Origin: an uncultured Bacilli bacterium | GTDB taxonomy: Bacteria > Bacillota_I > Bacilli_A > RF39 > UBA660 | Direction of reading: 5' to 3' | Assembly (NCBI GenBank): GCA_934091055.1 | Contig: CAKOKN010000001.1 | Coordinates: forward strand, 118,642-182,641 | DNA length: 64,000 bases | In this document: positions 38,882 to 48,722 of the stretch, in pieces | Position numbering within the stretch: the first letter of the stretch is position 1 | Layout: every line of letters begins with the position of its first letter | Translations under genes and position numbers: made by a program | Notes under the pieces: model-generated | Databases searched by the model: none | Told to the model about the DNA's origin: nothing | The model's input: only the letters and a program-made list of their open reading frames with translations

Positions 38882-41046
38882 TAGTTAATCAGCCTTTCTA
38901 CTTTTTGAACGAATTTTAAATTTAATAAGTCGTTTAAATATTTTTCTAGTTTTTCTTTGTTTTCTACTAGTACTGTTATGCTATATACTTTGTATTCACT
39001 TTTATTAATAGTTGATATGCTGTCTATGGTTATGTTGTTAGTAGAAGCTTTAGTTATGATGTCTAATAGATTATCATAAGCATTAGTATATATTATTATG
39101 TCAGATGGATATTTTTTAGTTATATTTTCATTCCATTTAACATTTATTAGTCTTTCTTCAGTATCTAGTATATGCCTACAGCTAGTTCTATGAACTGTTA
39201 TTCCTGATCCTCTTGTTATATATCCTATGATATTGTCTCCAGGTAATGGTTTACAGCAGCCACTTAAACTAGCTTTTATTTCTTTCATACCCTCTACTAG
39301 GACGTCATTCTTTAGAGCTTCTTCTTTATAGTAGGTTGTTTCATTTATTTTAGTAGTTATGTCTTTAGTAGGCTCTTCTTTTTTGTTTATTATTTTTATG
39401 ATACTAGATGGTGTATATTTACCAATATTTATGGCTACATATAGATCATCTATATCTTTTAATTTTAGTTCTCCTAGTATGATATCGATGTTTTTATTAG
39501 AAAGAAAATTATTTATTGATATATCTTCTTTTCGTAATTCTTTTTCTAATAATTCTCTTCCTTTTTCAATATTTTCATCTTTTTCTAATTTGCTATAATA
39601 GGCTCTTATTTTATTTTTAGCACCATTTGTTACAACGAAGTTTAACCAATCTTTACTTGGCTTTGAAGCATTATTAGTGTTTACTTTAATAATATCTCCG
39701 GTAGAAAGCTTATAGTCTAATGGTACTATATTATCATTTACTAAGGCTCCTACTATTCTATCTCCTACTTCACTATGAACTTTATAAGCAAAATCAACAG
39801 GAGTAGATTCTTTTGGTAGTTCTATGACATCTCCTTTTGGGGTATATACATAGATAGTATCGTTTGATAGAATATCTTTTTTTACTGAAGAGATAAATTC
39901 TTCAGGAGTTACAGAGTCTTCGTTTAATTCAATAATATTTCTAAATATTTGAAGTTTCTGCTCCATTTTGTCTTTAGCAGCTTTAGCTCCATTGATACCT
40001 GATTTGTAAGACCAGTGTGAAGCTATACCGTACTCTGCTATTTTATTCATTTCATAAGTTCTTATTTGAATTTCAAATAATTCACCATCGATACCAAAGA
40101 CTGTTGTATGCAATGATTGATATAGGTTTGTTTTTGGCATTGCTATATAATCTTTAAATCTTTTTGGTACTGGTTTATATTTGGAGTGGATTAAACCTAG
40201 CGCTAAGTAACAATCTTGTTCTGTATCTACAAATACTCTAAGAGCTAGTATGTCATAAATGTCGTCAAATTTCTTTCCTTTACACATTTTGTTATAGATA
40301 CTATAGATACTCTTACTTCTTCCTTTTATTTCGTGATTGATATTGTGTTCGTGAAGTAGATTAGATACTTCATTTAACATTTTTCCGACTGCTTCATCTC
40401 TTTCAGTCTTCTTTTGATTTAATCTTTCTACTATATCAAAATAGGCTTCTGGTTTTAAATATCTTAGTGATAAGTCTTCTAGTTCACTCTTTATTTTATA
40501 TATACCTAGTCTATGAGCTACTGGCGTTAATATTTCTAGAGTTTCTTTGGCTTTTCTTTTTTGTTTTTCTTCAGATAGAACGTGGAGAGTACGCATATTA
40601 TGAAGACGATCTGCTAATTTAATTATTATTACTCTTACGTCTTCAGATAGACCTACTAGAATTTTTCTTTGATAAGCTGCTGAAGCTTCTGTGTCGGTAG
40701 AAAAGTTTATCTTGTTTATTTTAGTTACGCCATCTACTAGAAGAGCTATTTCACTACCAAATAGTTCTTCTATTTCTTCTTTAGTGGCGTCAGAGTCCTC
40801 AATTGTATCGTGCATTAGAGCGGCTGCCATACAAGGGGCATCTGCGGATATTTCTGTTAATATAAGGGCAACATTTAAAGGATGAAGAATATAATCATCT
40901 CCTGAGATACGCTTTTGTCCAAAGTGTTTCTTCTCAGCATAATCATAGGCTCTTCTTATTAATTCTTCATCTTCTTTGTTGTCATTATATTCTTTAAATT
41001 TATTTATTAAGTCATCAATAGTTAAATTGATTGTTTTTTTACTCAT
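38881..41046 (-). CDS. relA: Bifunctional (p)ppGpp synthetase/hydrolase RelA/SpoT
   Basis: HD hydrolase domain (HD, EDSD), synthetase motifs, TGS and ACT domains; 721 aa. Confidence 0.9.
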   Translation of the reverse strand: MSKKTINLTIDDLINKFKEYNDNKEDEELIRRAYDYAEKKHFGQKRISGDDYILHPLNVALILTEISADAPCMAAALMHDTIEDSDATKEEIEELFGSEIALLVDGVTKINKINFSTDTEASAAYQRKILVGLSEDVRVIIIKLADRLHNMRTLHVLSEEKQKRKAKETLEILTPVAHRLGIYKIKSELEDLSLRYLKPEAYFDIVERLNQKKTERDEAVGKMLNEVSNLLHEHNINHEIKGRSKSIYSIYNKMCKGKKFDDIYDILALRVFVDTEQDCYLALGLIHSKYKPVPKRFKDYIAMPKTNLYQSLHTTVFGIDGELFEIQIRTYEMNKIAEYGIASHWSYKSGINGAKAAKDKMEQKLQIFRNIIELNEDSVTPEEFISSVKKDILSNDTIYVYTPKGDVIELPKESTPVDFAYKVHSEVGDRIVGALVNDNIVPLDYKLSTGDIIKVNTNNASKPSKDWLNFVVTNGAKNKIRAYYSKLEKDENIEKGRELLEKELRKEDISINNFLSNKNIDIILGELKLKDIDDLYVAINIGKYTPSSIIKIINKKEEPTKDITTKINETTYYKEEALKNDVLVEGMKEIKASLSGCCKPLPGDNIIGYITRGSGITVHRTSCRHILDTEERLINVKWNENITKKYPSDIIIYTNAYDNLLDIITKASTNNITIDSISTINKSEYKVYSITVLVENKEKLEKYLNDLLNLKFVQKVERLIN

Positions 41047-41064
41047 AATTTCACCTCCTGGTGA

Positions 41065-43353
41065 TTAACAGTTTATTCCTTTTATTCGCATTTCTTCAAT
41101 GTCATCTTTTTTATTTGTTTTCTTTTCTTTTTTTGGCTTTGTTAGTCTTCTTGTTTCTAACATTAACCATAAGTTATTTGATATATAGATTGATGAGAAT
41201 ACTCCTGCGATAAATCCTACTAATAGAGCTATATTGAAGTTTAATATTTCACTTGAACCAAATATTATTAAGCATATTATTGGTACTATTGTAGTGGCTG
41301 TTGTCATAATGGTTCTAAAGAATGTTAGTCTTACAGAATCGTTTACTAATTCTGGTAGATCTTCTTTAGTTACTTTCTTCCTACTGTTGTAGTTTCTTCT
41401 TACCATATCAAATGTTACTATAGTGTCGTTTATAGAGTATCCTATGATAGTTAGTATAGCAGCGATAAAGACTGAATCTATCTGCAAATGGAATACTCCA
41501 AAGAAGATTATAGTTATTAGTACATCGTGAATTAGAGCTATTATTCCACTTATAGCATAATTAAATCTAAATCTAAAACTTACATAGATTATAATACCTA
41601 TTAGTGATATTATAACTGCTAGTATGGCATTTTTAATTAGTTCTTTCTTTACGAAGTCTGATACTACAAATATATTAGTAGAAGTATTATATTCTTCTTC
41701 TAAATTAGTTGATAGTTCTTTTATTTCTTCTTTAGTTAATTTTTCTGCTACTACGATAGTGGTAGAATCTTTTGTTTTGTCTATTTTTTCAATTGTATAA
41801 TTATCTAATTTTATGTCTTCGGTAGTATTTACAGTGATACTTGTTCCACCAGTAAAGTCTACTGCAAAGTTAAAGTGTGTTACTAATGAATAAGTAAGTC
41901 CTCCTACTATTATTAATAGTATTATTGGTAGTATTATTTTTCTTGATTTAACAAAATCTATTTTCTTAAATGGTATTCTTACTTCTTCACTTGGTATTAT
42001 TTTCTTTTTAGATAAACCTATGAATAGATTTGGTTTATTATCAAAAGCTCCTGAATTAGCAAATAATCTTACTACCCATTTTGATAGGAATACTAATACT
42101 ATTACAGTTAATATTATGTTTATTATTAGCATTGTTGCAAAACCTTTTACACTTGATTGTCCTAATATAAATAATATTATAGCTACTATTATGGTAGTTA
42201 TATTGGCGTCTAGTATACTTGATAGTGACTCTTTATTACCTAACTCGACAGCTTCTTTTAGTGGTTTACCTATTTTTAATTGGTCTTTTATTCTTTCAAA
42301 GCTTATTACAGAAGCATCTACAGCCATACCTATACCTAGAAGCATTGCTGCGATACCTGGCAATGTAAGAGTGCCTTCTATTAGATAGAATACTAGGAAT
42401 GATAATGTAGTATATAGTGTTAGAGCAGTACCTGCAATTAAACCACTAAAATGGTATATTAAAATCATTATTACTAGTACTAAAGCTATTCCTATTATTC
42501 CTGCGAATAGTGTTTTATTTAGGGCAGTCTCTCCATATGTTGCCTCGACTGTTCTTGATGATAATTCTGTTAATTTTGTTGGTAATGCTCCAGAGTTTAT
42601 TAGTTCTACTAGAGACTCTGCTTCTTCTTTAGTGAATGATCCTTGGATTATTACATCAGAACTAAATGCCTCTTCTACTCTAGCAGCAGATAAACATTTA
42701 GAAGTAGATAGTGATCCACAAGAAGCTTTTTCTTTAAAGAATGAATCTGTATTTTCATCATAATCTAACCATATTACAATAACATTGTTATCTAAATCTT
42801 TTACTGATTTAGTTACTTCGTAAAACTTATCTTTATCTTTAATGGAAAGACTTACTGCTGGTTTACCATATTTATCTGTGACTACTTTAGCAGCTCCTCC
42901 TAAGACATCAGCATTCATTAGTAAATTATCGTTATAGTCTCTAAATGAAAGTACTGCAGTTGAAGATATTACTTCTCTTGCTTCATCCTCATTTTTAATT
43001 CCTGCTAGGGCTATTCTTATTTTATTTTCATCTTCTATATTTATTTCTGGTTCATTTACTCCTAGTATATCTACTCTTTTTAATATAGCTTTATATGTAT
43101 TATTAACCATATCAGCATCTAGTTTTTTGCCATCTAATGGTTCTATTTCATAGAGTACTTCAAATCCTCCTTGAAGATCTAAGCCATAATTTATTCCTTT
43201 AAATACTGGGATACATAAATAAGCTGATAGAAATAATACTATTAAAGTCATTAATGTACCTATTATTACTTTACTCTTTTTATTCTTTATTTTGATAATT
43301 AGTATTACACTAAGGAGTAGGACTACTCCTAGTGCTATTAAAATGTATTTCAT
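41065..43353 (-). CDS. secDF: Fused protein-export membrane protein SecDF
   Basis: 762 aa with two 6-TM RND-like modules and periplasmic heads. Confidence 0.9.
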   Translation of the reverse strand: MKYILIALGVVLLLSVILIIKIKNKKSKVIIGTLMTLIVLFLSAYLCIPVFKGINYGLDLQGGFEVLYEIEPLDGKKLDADMVNNTYKAILKRVDILGVNEPEINIEDENKIRIALAGIKNEDEAREVISSTAVLSFRDYNDNLLMNADVLGGAAKVVTDKYGKPAVSLSIKDKDKFYEVTKSVKDLDNNVIVIWLDYDENTDSFFKEKASCGSLSTSKCLSAARVEEAFSSDVIIQGSFTKEEAESLVELINSGALPTKLTELSSRTVEATYGETALNKTLFAGIIGIALVLVIMILIYHFSGLIAGTALTLYTTLSFLVFYLIEGTLTLPGIAAMLLGIGMAVDASVISFERIKDQLKIGKPLKEAVELGNKESLSSILDANITTIIVAIILFILGQSSVKGFATMLIINIILTVIVLVFLSKWVVRLFANSGAFDNKPNLFIGLSKKKIIPSEEVRIPFKKIDFVKSRKIILPIILLIIVGGLTYSLVTHFNFAVDFTGGTSITVNTTEDIKLDNYTIEKIDKTKDSTTIVVAEKLTKEEIKELSTNLEEEYNTSTNIFVVSDFVKKELIKNAILAVIISLIGIIIYVSFRFRFNYAISGIIALIHDVLITIIFFGVFHLQIDSVFIAAILTIIGYSINDTIVTFDMVRRNYNSRKKVTKEDLPELVNDSVRLTFFRTIMTTATTIVPIICLIIFGSSEILNFNIALLVGFIAGVFSSIYISNNLWLMLETRRLTKPKKEKKTNKKDDIEEMRIKGINC

Positions 43354-43604
43354 TATATCTCCCTACTCTCTTTCTTTATTTTTTCTTTTATATATTCATC
43401 TACTTTTTGAATATCAACACTTATTATATCGTTTACCATTTCTGATATTGATAGATTAGTAGCTTTACACCATTTGGTTATTTTTAGATAATTGTATATA
43501 TCTATACTTTTTATATAGTCATAATTATCTTTTATCATTCTTAACTTTACATTAAAGGCTCCTCTTAATCCTCGATATAGTTCTTTTTCTGATTTATACT
43601 CCAT
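43353..43604 (-). CDS. Hypothetical small protein (83 aa), possibly a ComN-like post-transcriptional regulator by position upstream of secDF
   Basis: Synteny argument only. Confidence 0.35.
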   Translation of the reverse strand: MEYKSEKELYRGLRGAFNVKLRMIKDNYDYIKSIDIYNYLKITKWCKATNLSISEMVNDIISVDIQKVDEYIKEKIKKESREI

Positions 43605-43693
43605 TTACATCACCATATTTATTATACTATATTACGGAGAAAAATCAAACAAAATATCAAGAAAAAAATAGCCAAATGACTATTTTCCTCTTT

Positions 43694-43939
43694 TTAAATT
43701 TTGTTTTTTTCAAATAATAACTCAATATCAATATCTAAAGCATCCGCAATATTACTGACAGCATCAATAGAAAAGTTCTTCTTAGTATTAGGAGCTTCTA
43801 TTCTTCTGATGAATTCGTGAGAATATTCTGTCTTTTCCGCAAGTTCTGCTTGGGTCATATGTTTGCTTTTTCTATAATATTTTATATTTTTAGCTACTAA
43901 TTCGTAAACGTCACAACGTTTTTCTTTGATCTTTTTCAC
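43694..43939 (-). CDS. XRE family HTH transcriptional regulator (81 aa)
   Basis: HTH: MTQAELAEKTEYSHEFIRRIE. Confidence 0.6.
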   Translation of the reverse strand: MKKIKEKRCDVYELVAKNIKYYRKSKHMTQAELAEKTEYSHEFIRRIEAPNTKKNFSIDAVSNIADALDIDIELLFEKNKI

Positions 43940-44022
43940 ACCATCACCTTAATGTTATTTTCTCACAAATTTTGAAATTTTTATGTAAACTATTTGGTTA
44001 CATTTTTATCTTTTTTGCTTAT

Positions 44023-44643
44023 TTAAGCCACATTTTCATATTCTTTCTTGATTTTTACTAAGATTTTCTTTTCATTTCTTGATACTTTTACTTGATTAAC
44101 ACCTAAAATATCTGCGACTTCACTTTGTGTTTTATCTTCATAGTATCTTAGATAAATTAGTTTTTTATCTTCCTCTGGCAGCTTATTTAGTTCTTCTTGT
44201 AGTAATAGGTAATCTATATTATAGTAATCTTTATTATCTTTTACTGTATCAAATAAAGTTATATCTTTACCATTATTATATATTGTACTTTCTAAACTTA
44301 CTGTTGGAACCATCGAAGCATATACTGTAGTAATTATATTAGGATCTATTTCAAGAAAAGCTGATAATTCTTTAATACTTGGCTCTTTCATTAGTCTTTG
44401 ACTTAATATTTGTTTTGCTTCATTTATTTTTTTATATAATGAATAATTATCTTTTGCTACTTTTAAAGTCTTGGTATTGTTAATAAAAGCATAGATTTCT
44501 CCATATATGTATTTATAAGCATATGTAGAAAACTTAGCATTTTTATCTTGCTTATAATTATTATAGGCTTTTATAACTCCAAGAACTCCTACTTGATATA
44601 AGTCTTCTACTTCGTAACCTTTAAAGTATTTATTTATTATCAT
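44023..44643 (-). CDS. Compact sigma-70 family sigma factor (SigF/SigB-group-like; regions 2 and 4 only)
   Basis: Region 2.2-2.4 (DLYQVGVLGVIKAYNNY ... YAYKYIYGEI) and region 4 HTH (SEVADILGVNQVKVSRNEKKIL); 206 aa. Confidence 0.65.
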   Translation of the reverse strand: MIINKYFKGYEVEDLYQVGVLGVIKAYNNYKQDKNAKFSTYAYKYIYGEIYAFINNTKTLKVAKDNYSLYKKINEAKQILSQRLMKEPSIKELSAFLEIDPNIITTVYASMVPTVSLESTIYNNGKDITLFDTVKDNKDYYNIDYLLLQEELNKLPEEDKKLIYLRYYEDKTQSEVADILGVNQVKVSRNEKKILVKIKKEYENVA

Positions 44644-44695
44644 ATATATTAACCCTTGACAAGAGTTAATTACTTCTTCATATTTATTTTTGATA

Positions 44696-45010
44696 TTAGA
44701 TCATCCTTTCAAATAATTTAAAAGCCTCTCTTTCATTATCTATTTTTGGTATATCTTTTAGTAGTTTTCTTGAAATATTGAACTTATCACATATTATCAT
44801 TTTGCCATAAGTATTATATTCTTGATATATTTTATTTAGATATTTGATACTGTAGCTATCTATTGAATACATATTATCTATATTTAGAACGATGTACCTA
44901 AAATCCTTTTCTATTATTCCTTTTATTGTATCTTTATTTAGGTCACCCTTCAACCTTATAAATAATATTCCTTTGCTAAACTCCATACTTGTTTTTAACA
45001 CTTCAGTCAC
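44696..45010 (-). CDS. STAS-domain anti-sigma-factor antagonist (SpoIIAA-like)
   Basis: 104 aa with the STAS pattern (ILFIRLKGDL...ID.M..IDSYSI); immediately upstream of the sigma factor. Confidence 0.55.
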   Translation of the reverse strand: MTEVLKTSMEFSKGILFIRLKGDLNKDTIKGIIEKDFRYIVLNIDNMYSIDSYSIKYLNKIYQEYNTYGKMIICDKFNISRKLLKDIPKIDNEREAFKLFERMI

Positions 45011-45074
45011 CTCATTATTAATTTAGCATATTTTGTAATTAAAATATACTTATTCGACAAAGTTAGATATTTTA

Positions 45075-46172
45075 TTACATCGACATTTTTTGACTTAATT
45101 TTCTTTTATATATACTTTTTATTATCAATGGAAGAACTGCTAATGTGATAAATGATATAATTACAATTATTATTTTTATAGTATCTTTAGAGTTTATATT
45201 TTTCTTATAACCAGTATCTACAGGTGTTATATTTTGTTCTTCTATTTTATTATTTAATAGTTTAGTATCAGTATTTTCTATTTGCGATTTTATTTCTTCT
45301 AGATCTTTGGGATCTTCTATAATATATTTATAATATATTTTATAGTCTTCTTCATCCTTTATATAGGATGCATCATCTATATAAGCATAATATTCTTCAC
45401 TATAATAATTCTTTACTATATTGTATCTATAAGTCATTATATCTCTTCTAGTGCACTTTTTAGTCTTATCTAAGGGGTAAATACTATGACTTAACTCAGG
45501 CTTTTCTAGTGAATAATTTATGTCTTTAAAGTTACTTATTGAATAGTTATAATCTTTTACTTTGTATTCTTTATTCTTAGTGTTTATACTACCATTTTTA
45601 ATTAGATAATCATTTTTATCATTGAAGTAGATATAGAAACTTACTTCAGCATTATCTACAGTAGTTAATACTATTTTTAAATCTCCGACTAAGTGTTCTT
45701 CATCAAAGATAAACTTTATATAGCTATTAGCTTTAATGTTTAAACCACTACAGTTACTACATTTATCTATTTCATAACTTATTTTTTCTTCTTTATCATA
45801 TATATCTAATTTAGCTATATTAAGATCTTTATTTGATATTTGAAATGATAGTGACTTGGCTTTTGGTATTACTAAATATGGATATACTTCTTGATATTCT
45901 TCTAAGACACTACTATCATTACTGCAGGCATCTGTATATTCTACTTTATCACTTATCTTGGTATTATTTTCGTCTATGTTGGTATATCGTTTATCTTCCT
46001 CTCCTTTCTTTATGTATTCCCCCTTCTTTTCTTCTTTATAGAATTTATATCTTTTTTCTTCTTCGACTACTTTATAATCTTCTAGTTTTTTATCACTCCA
46101 GATAATTTCTTCTGCTAATACGTTTGGTAGTAATGATAAACTAATAATTATAAATGCAATGATTTTTTTCAT
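45075..46172 (-). CDS. Secreted hypothetical protein with C-terminal TM anchor and KRK tail
   Basis: Signal peptide; C-terminal TPVDTG...TM...KSIYKRK, a possible non-canonical sorting signal; adjacent to the sortase gene. Confidence 0.5.
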   Translation of the reverse strand: MKKIIAFIIISLSLLPNVLAEEIIWSDKKLEDYKVVEEEKRYKFYKEEKKGEYIKKGEEDKRYTNIDENNTKISDKVEYTDACSNDSSVLEEYQEVYPYLVIPKAKSLSFQISNKDLNIAKLDIYDKEEKISYEIDKCSNCSGLNIKANSYIKFIFDEEHLVGDLKIVLTTVDNAEVSFYIYFNDKNDYLIKNGSINTKNKEYKVKDYNYSISNFKDINYSLEKPELSHSIYPLDKTKKCTRRDIMTYRYNIVKNYYSEEYYAYIDDASYIKDEEDYKIYYKYIIEDPKDLEEIKSQIENTDTKLLNNKIEEQNITPVDTGYKKNINSKDTIKIIIVIISFITLAVLPLIIKSIYKRKLSQKMSM

Positions 46173-46322
46173 CTTTTTCCTCCCTTCGCATTTATATACA
46201 ACTTTTCTTTATGAAATTCCCCGCTCTTTTGTAAATTTCTTTTAAATTATTAGTTTATTACCAAATATTCACTTAAACGAGTGTATTATTACCAAAATAG
46301 AACTAATTTTAGGATAATAAAA

Positions 46323-46356
46323 AAGTTATTAACCTATTATTAAGTTAATAACTTCA
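46323..46356 (-). terminator. Hairpin terminator after the sortase gene (AAGTTATTAAC-ctattatt-AAGTTAATAACTT)
   Basis: Near-perfect 11-bp inverted repeat (one mismatch) in the sortase 3' region. Confidence 0.4.
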
Positions 46357-46379
46357 TACATTAATCTTTTAAATTAAAT

Positions 46380-47474
46380 TTACTTACTACTTCTTTTAAT
46401 TAGTTTAGCGTGAACTACAGTTCTTTCAGTATCAGAGTAGCAAGTACTTAAAGTTAGTATCTTGTCAGAAGTATCTAACTTAGTATTAAAGTTATAGATA
46501 CTTCGACTACTTAAAGTATTTAGAAACTTATTATACTCTTCATCGCTACTAAAATTAGTTGTTATATAATAACTTTCTTCTTTTATTTTATAGACAGAGA
46601 ATATCTGCCAAAGAGTGTTTTCTGTTTCAGTAGATAGTCTTATTATATGATTATCTTTATTAGTAAACCAAGAAGGCTTTAATGTTTTACTAAGAGAACC
46701 AAACATTGTTTTATCTAGTCTACTATGGGCGTATAGAATTGTATTTTTATCTGACATTACACTGTTATTACGATAGTCCATAAATACCCAACCAGCTTCA
46801 TTATATTTTTTGTCATAAGAATGATCTAAGTAATAATCATTGTCTTTGTAGTGAACGAATGGATAGTTAATATTAGTATTATTAACATTGATCCAGCCGA
46901 CAGTATCACTATTCTTAGTTTTTAATTTAGTTATATCAACATCTATTAAAGGGAATGTTATGTAATACCAGTAATCACTTGATTTATCTTTATCTTCATT
47001 TACTAATTCTGTGTTTTCGTCGTCTTTCTTTTCTTTTACTTCAGTGTTATTGTTTAGGCTGTCTACTATATTAGAAGTATTTTTATTGTCCTTACTCCAT
47101 AAGAATATTTTTAAGAGAGAGAAGATAATTACTATTATAAAGAATATTAAAAGAATTGTCCAAAGTAATTTATTCTTCTTTCTTTTTCTATTATGTTTTT
47201 TATGTTCTAAATTATTATTAGATGGTGGTTCAATACTAGAGGTTACTCTAGTTTCTTTTATTTTTCTTAGATCACTTGTAGTAAATAATAGTTCTTCAGT
47301 GTTATTACTATTATTGGTATAAATAGTAGTATCTTCAATATCAAGAGAAGAAATATTATCATTGATATTATTATTTGTTATATCAAGAGGTGGATTATCA
47401 CTACTAGAGGCGTGTCTTGGAGTATAAGTGTTATTATCTTCATTATTATAATCGTTATTCATTTTTATTATCAC
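46380..47474 (-). CDS. srtB: Class B sortase with ~100-aa Asn/Ser-rich cytoplasmic N-terminal extension
   Basis: Catalytic TLSTC (TLxTC) and His in ILYAHSRLDKTMFG; TM at residues ~100-125. Confidence 0.7.
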   Translation of the reverse strand: MIIKMNNDYNNEDNNTYTPRHASSSDNPPLDITNNNINDNISSLDIEDTTIYTNNSNNTEELLFTTSDLRKIKETRVTSSIEPPSNNNLEHKKHNRKRKKNKLLWTILLIFFIIVIIFSLLKIFLWSKDNKNTSNIVDSLNNNTEVKEKKDDENTELVNEDKDKSSDYWYYITFPLIDVDITKLKTKNSDTVGWINVNNTNINYPFVHYKDNDYYLDHSYDKKYNEAGWVFMDYRNNSVMSDKNTILYAHSRLDKTMFGSLSKTLKPSWFTNKDNHIIRLSTETENTLWQIFSVYKIKEESYYITTNFSSDEEYNKFLNTLSSRSIYNFNTKLDTSDKILTLSTCYSDTERTVVHAKLIKRSSK

Positions 47475-47573
47475 CTTAATATAATTATACTAATTTTTTT
47501 ATATATTGACAAGTGATAAAAAGAAAAACTCTCTAATGAGAGTATTTATATTTTATTAATAATTTTTTTATAT

Positions 47574-47630
47574 CCTCTTGAGTCTTAGGTCTCAAGAGGT
47601 ATTTTATAGCCTTATTCTAAGTCTATAAAA
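47574..47630. repeat. Paired-hairpin intergenic repeat, copy E4 (inverted orientation): cctcttgag-TCTTAGGT-ctcaagagg TA ttttatag-CCTTATTCTAAGT-ctataaaa
   Basis: The reverse complement of copy E5 is near-identical: the second hairpin is 29/29 identical and the first has compensatory stem changes. Confidence 0.7.
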
Positions 47631-47749
47631 TAATATATCATCCATATATATTAAATCGACATCATTCAATATATTAATTGTCCGCAACGTTAAATCATAA
47701 TAATTTCCATTGCCAACTCCTATAACATATAATTTACTCATAAAATTCA

Positions 47750-48292
47750 CTAAATAAATTTGCCTATTTCTTCAATTAAATTTGTATTTTTTTCTACTTT
47801 TATTGTATTTATTCCTAATTGTTTTGCTCCATTGACATTATCAATGTTATCATCAAGGAATAATAGTTCTTTTGAATTGATGTTGTATTTGTTTAATATA
47901 TATTCGTAAAATTCTGAATTAGGTTTTATTTTATGTATCTCAGCAGAGATAATTAAATCATCCAAGTAATCAACATTAAAAGACTCTCCAATAAAATTTC
48001 TTACAAATGATAAGTGATTAGTTGCTATAATAACCTTTACATTTTTATTTTTTTCTTTTACTTTTTTAAATATTTTTCTATCTTTTACTTTATATAATTT
48101 GTCAATTAATGTTTCTGTAATATTCATAATTATTGAATCTTTTTCAATAATTTTTCTTGCTTCAATTAAATAATCTGCATCATTTAAGTTTGGTCCAAAC
48201 ATTCTTTCTAACTTTTCTTCTATTTCTGATAGTTCTATATCCTTTTCATTAACAAGAACACCAACCAAATCAAATGCAACAACTTTTATCAT
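47750..48292 (-). CDS. HAD superfamily hydrolase
   Basis: Motif I FDLVGVL (DxD variant), motif IV LFLDDNIDNVNGA; GGAGGAATAAAATG RBS. Confidence 0.7.
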   Translation of the reverse strand: MIKVVAFDLVGVLVNEKDIELSEIEEKLERMFGPNLNDADYLIEARKIIEKDSIIMNITETLIDKLYKVKDRKIFKKVKEKNKNVKVIIATNHLSFVRNFIGESFNVDYLDDLIISAEIHKIKPNSEFYEYILNKYNINSKELLFLDDNIDNVNGAKQLGINTIKVEKNTNLIEEIGKFI

Positions 48293-48361
48293 TTTATTCC
48301 TCCATTAATAAATACACAACATAGGGTAAATTTAATTATTTTATTTTTTGATTTTAATAAA

Positions 48362-48547
48362 TTATTTATGTGTGTGGGTTCCACAACCGTCGTAACCCAA
48401 TCCAATTTTATTTCCAAAGGAAATTTTAATTTTTTGGTCTGAAAGTTTTGTTTTTAGATTTTTTACAATATCATTTTTTAATTGCACTTTTTTCACAATA
48501 TACAACTTTTCATCTAATGGGCAAACTTCCCAAAACTTGTAATCCAT
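48362..48547 (-). CDS. Possible small protein (61 aa, CP...CGTH)
   Basis: ORF only; no RBS. Confidence 0.2.
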   Translation of the reverse strand: MDYKFWEVCPLDEKLYIVKKVQLKNDIVKNLKTKLSDQKIKISFGNKIGLGYDGCGTHTHK

Positions 48548-48647
48548 TCTACATTATTTATCATAATAAGTCAATAAATTTCATTAAAAATGCAAGATGA
48601 ATGCATGAGTTTTTTAAACTTGTGTGTTTATCCTGAAAAATATTTTA

Positions 48648-48704
48648 TTTTATAGACTTAGAATAAGGCTATAAAATACCTCTTAAGACCTTAGGCTTAA
48701 GAGG
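48648..48704. repeat. Paired-hairpin intergenic repeat, copy E5: ttttatag-ACTTAGAATAAGG-ctataaaa TA cctcttaag-ACCTTAGG-cttaagagg
   Basis: Immediately 3' of a minus-strand gene, followed by the TAATGAATAATAAATAAAT tail shared with E3 and E7. Confidence 0.7.
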
Positions 48705-48722
48705 TAATGAATAATAAATAAA

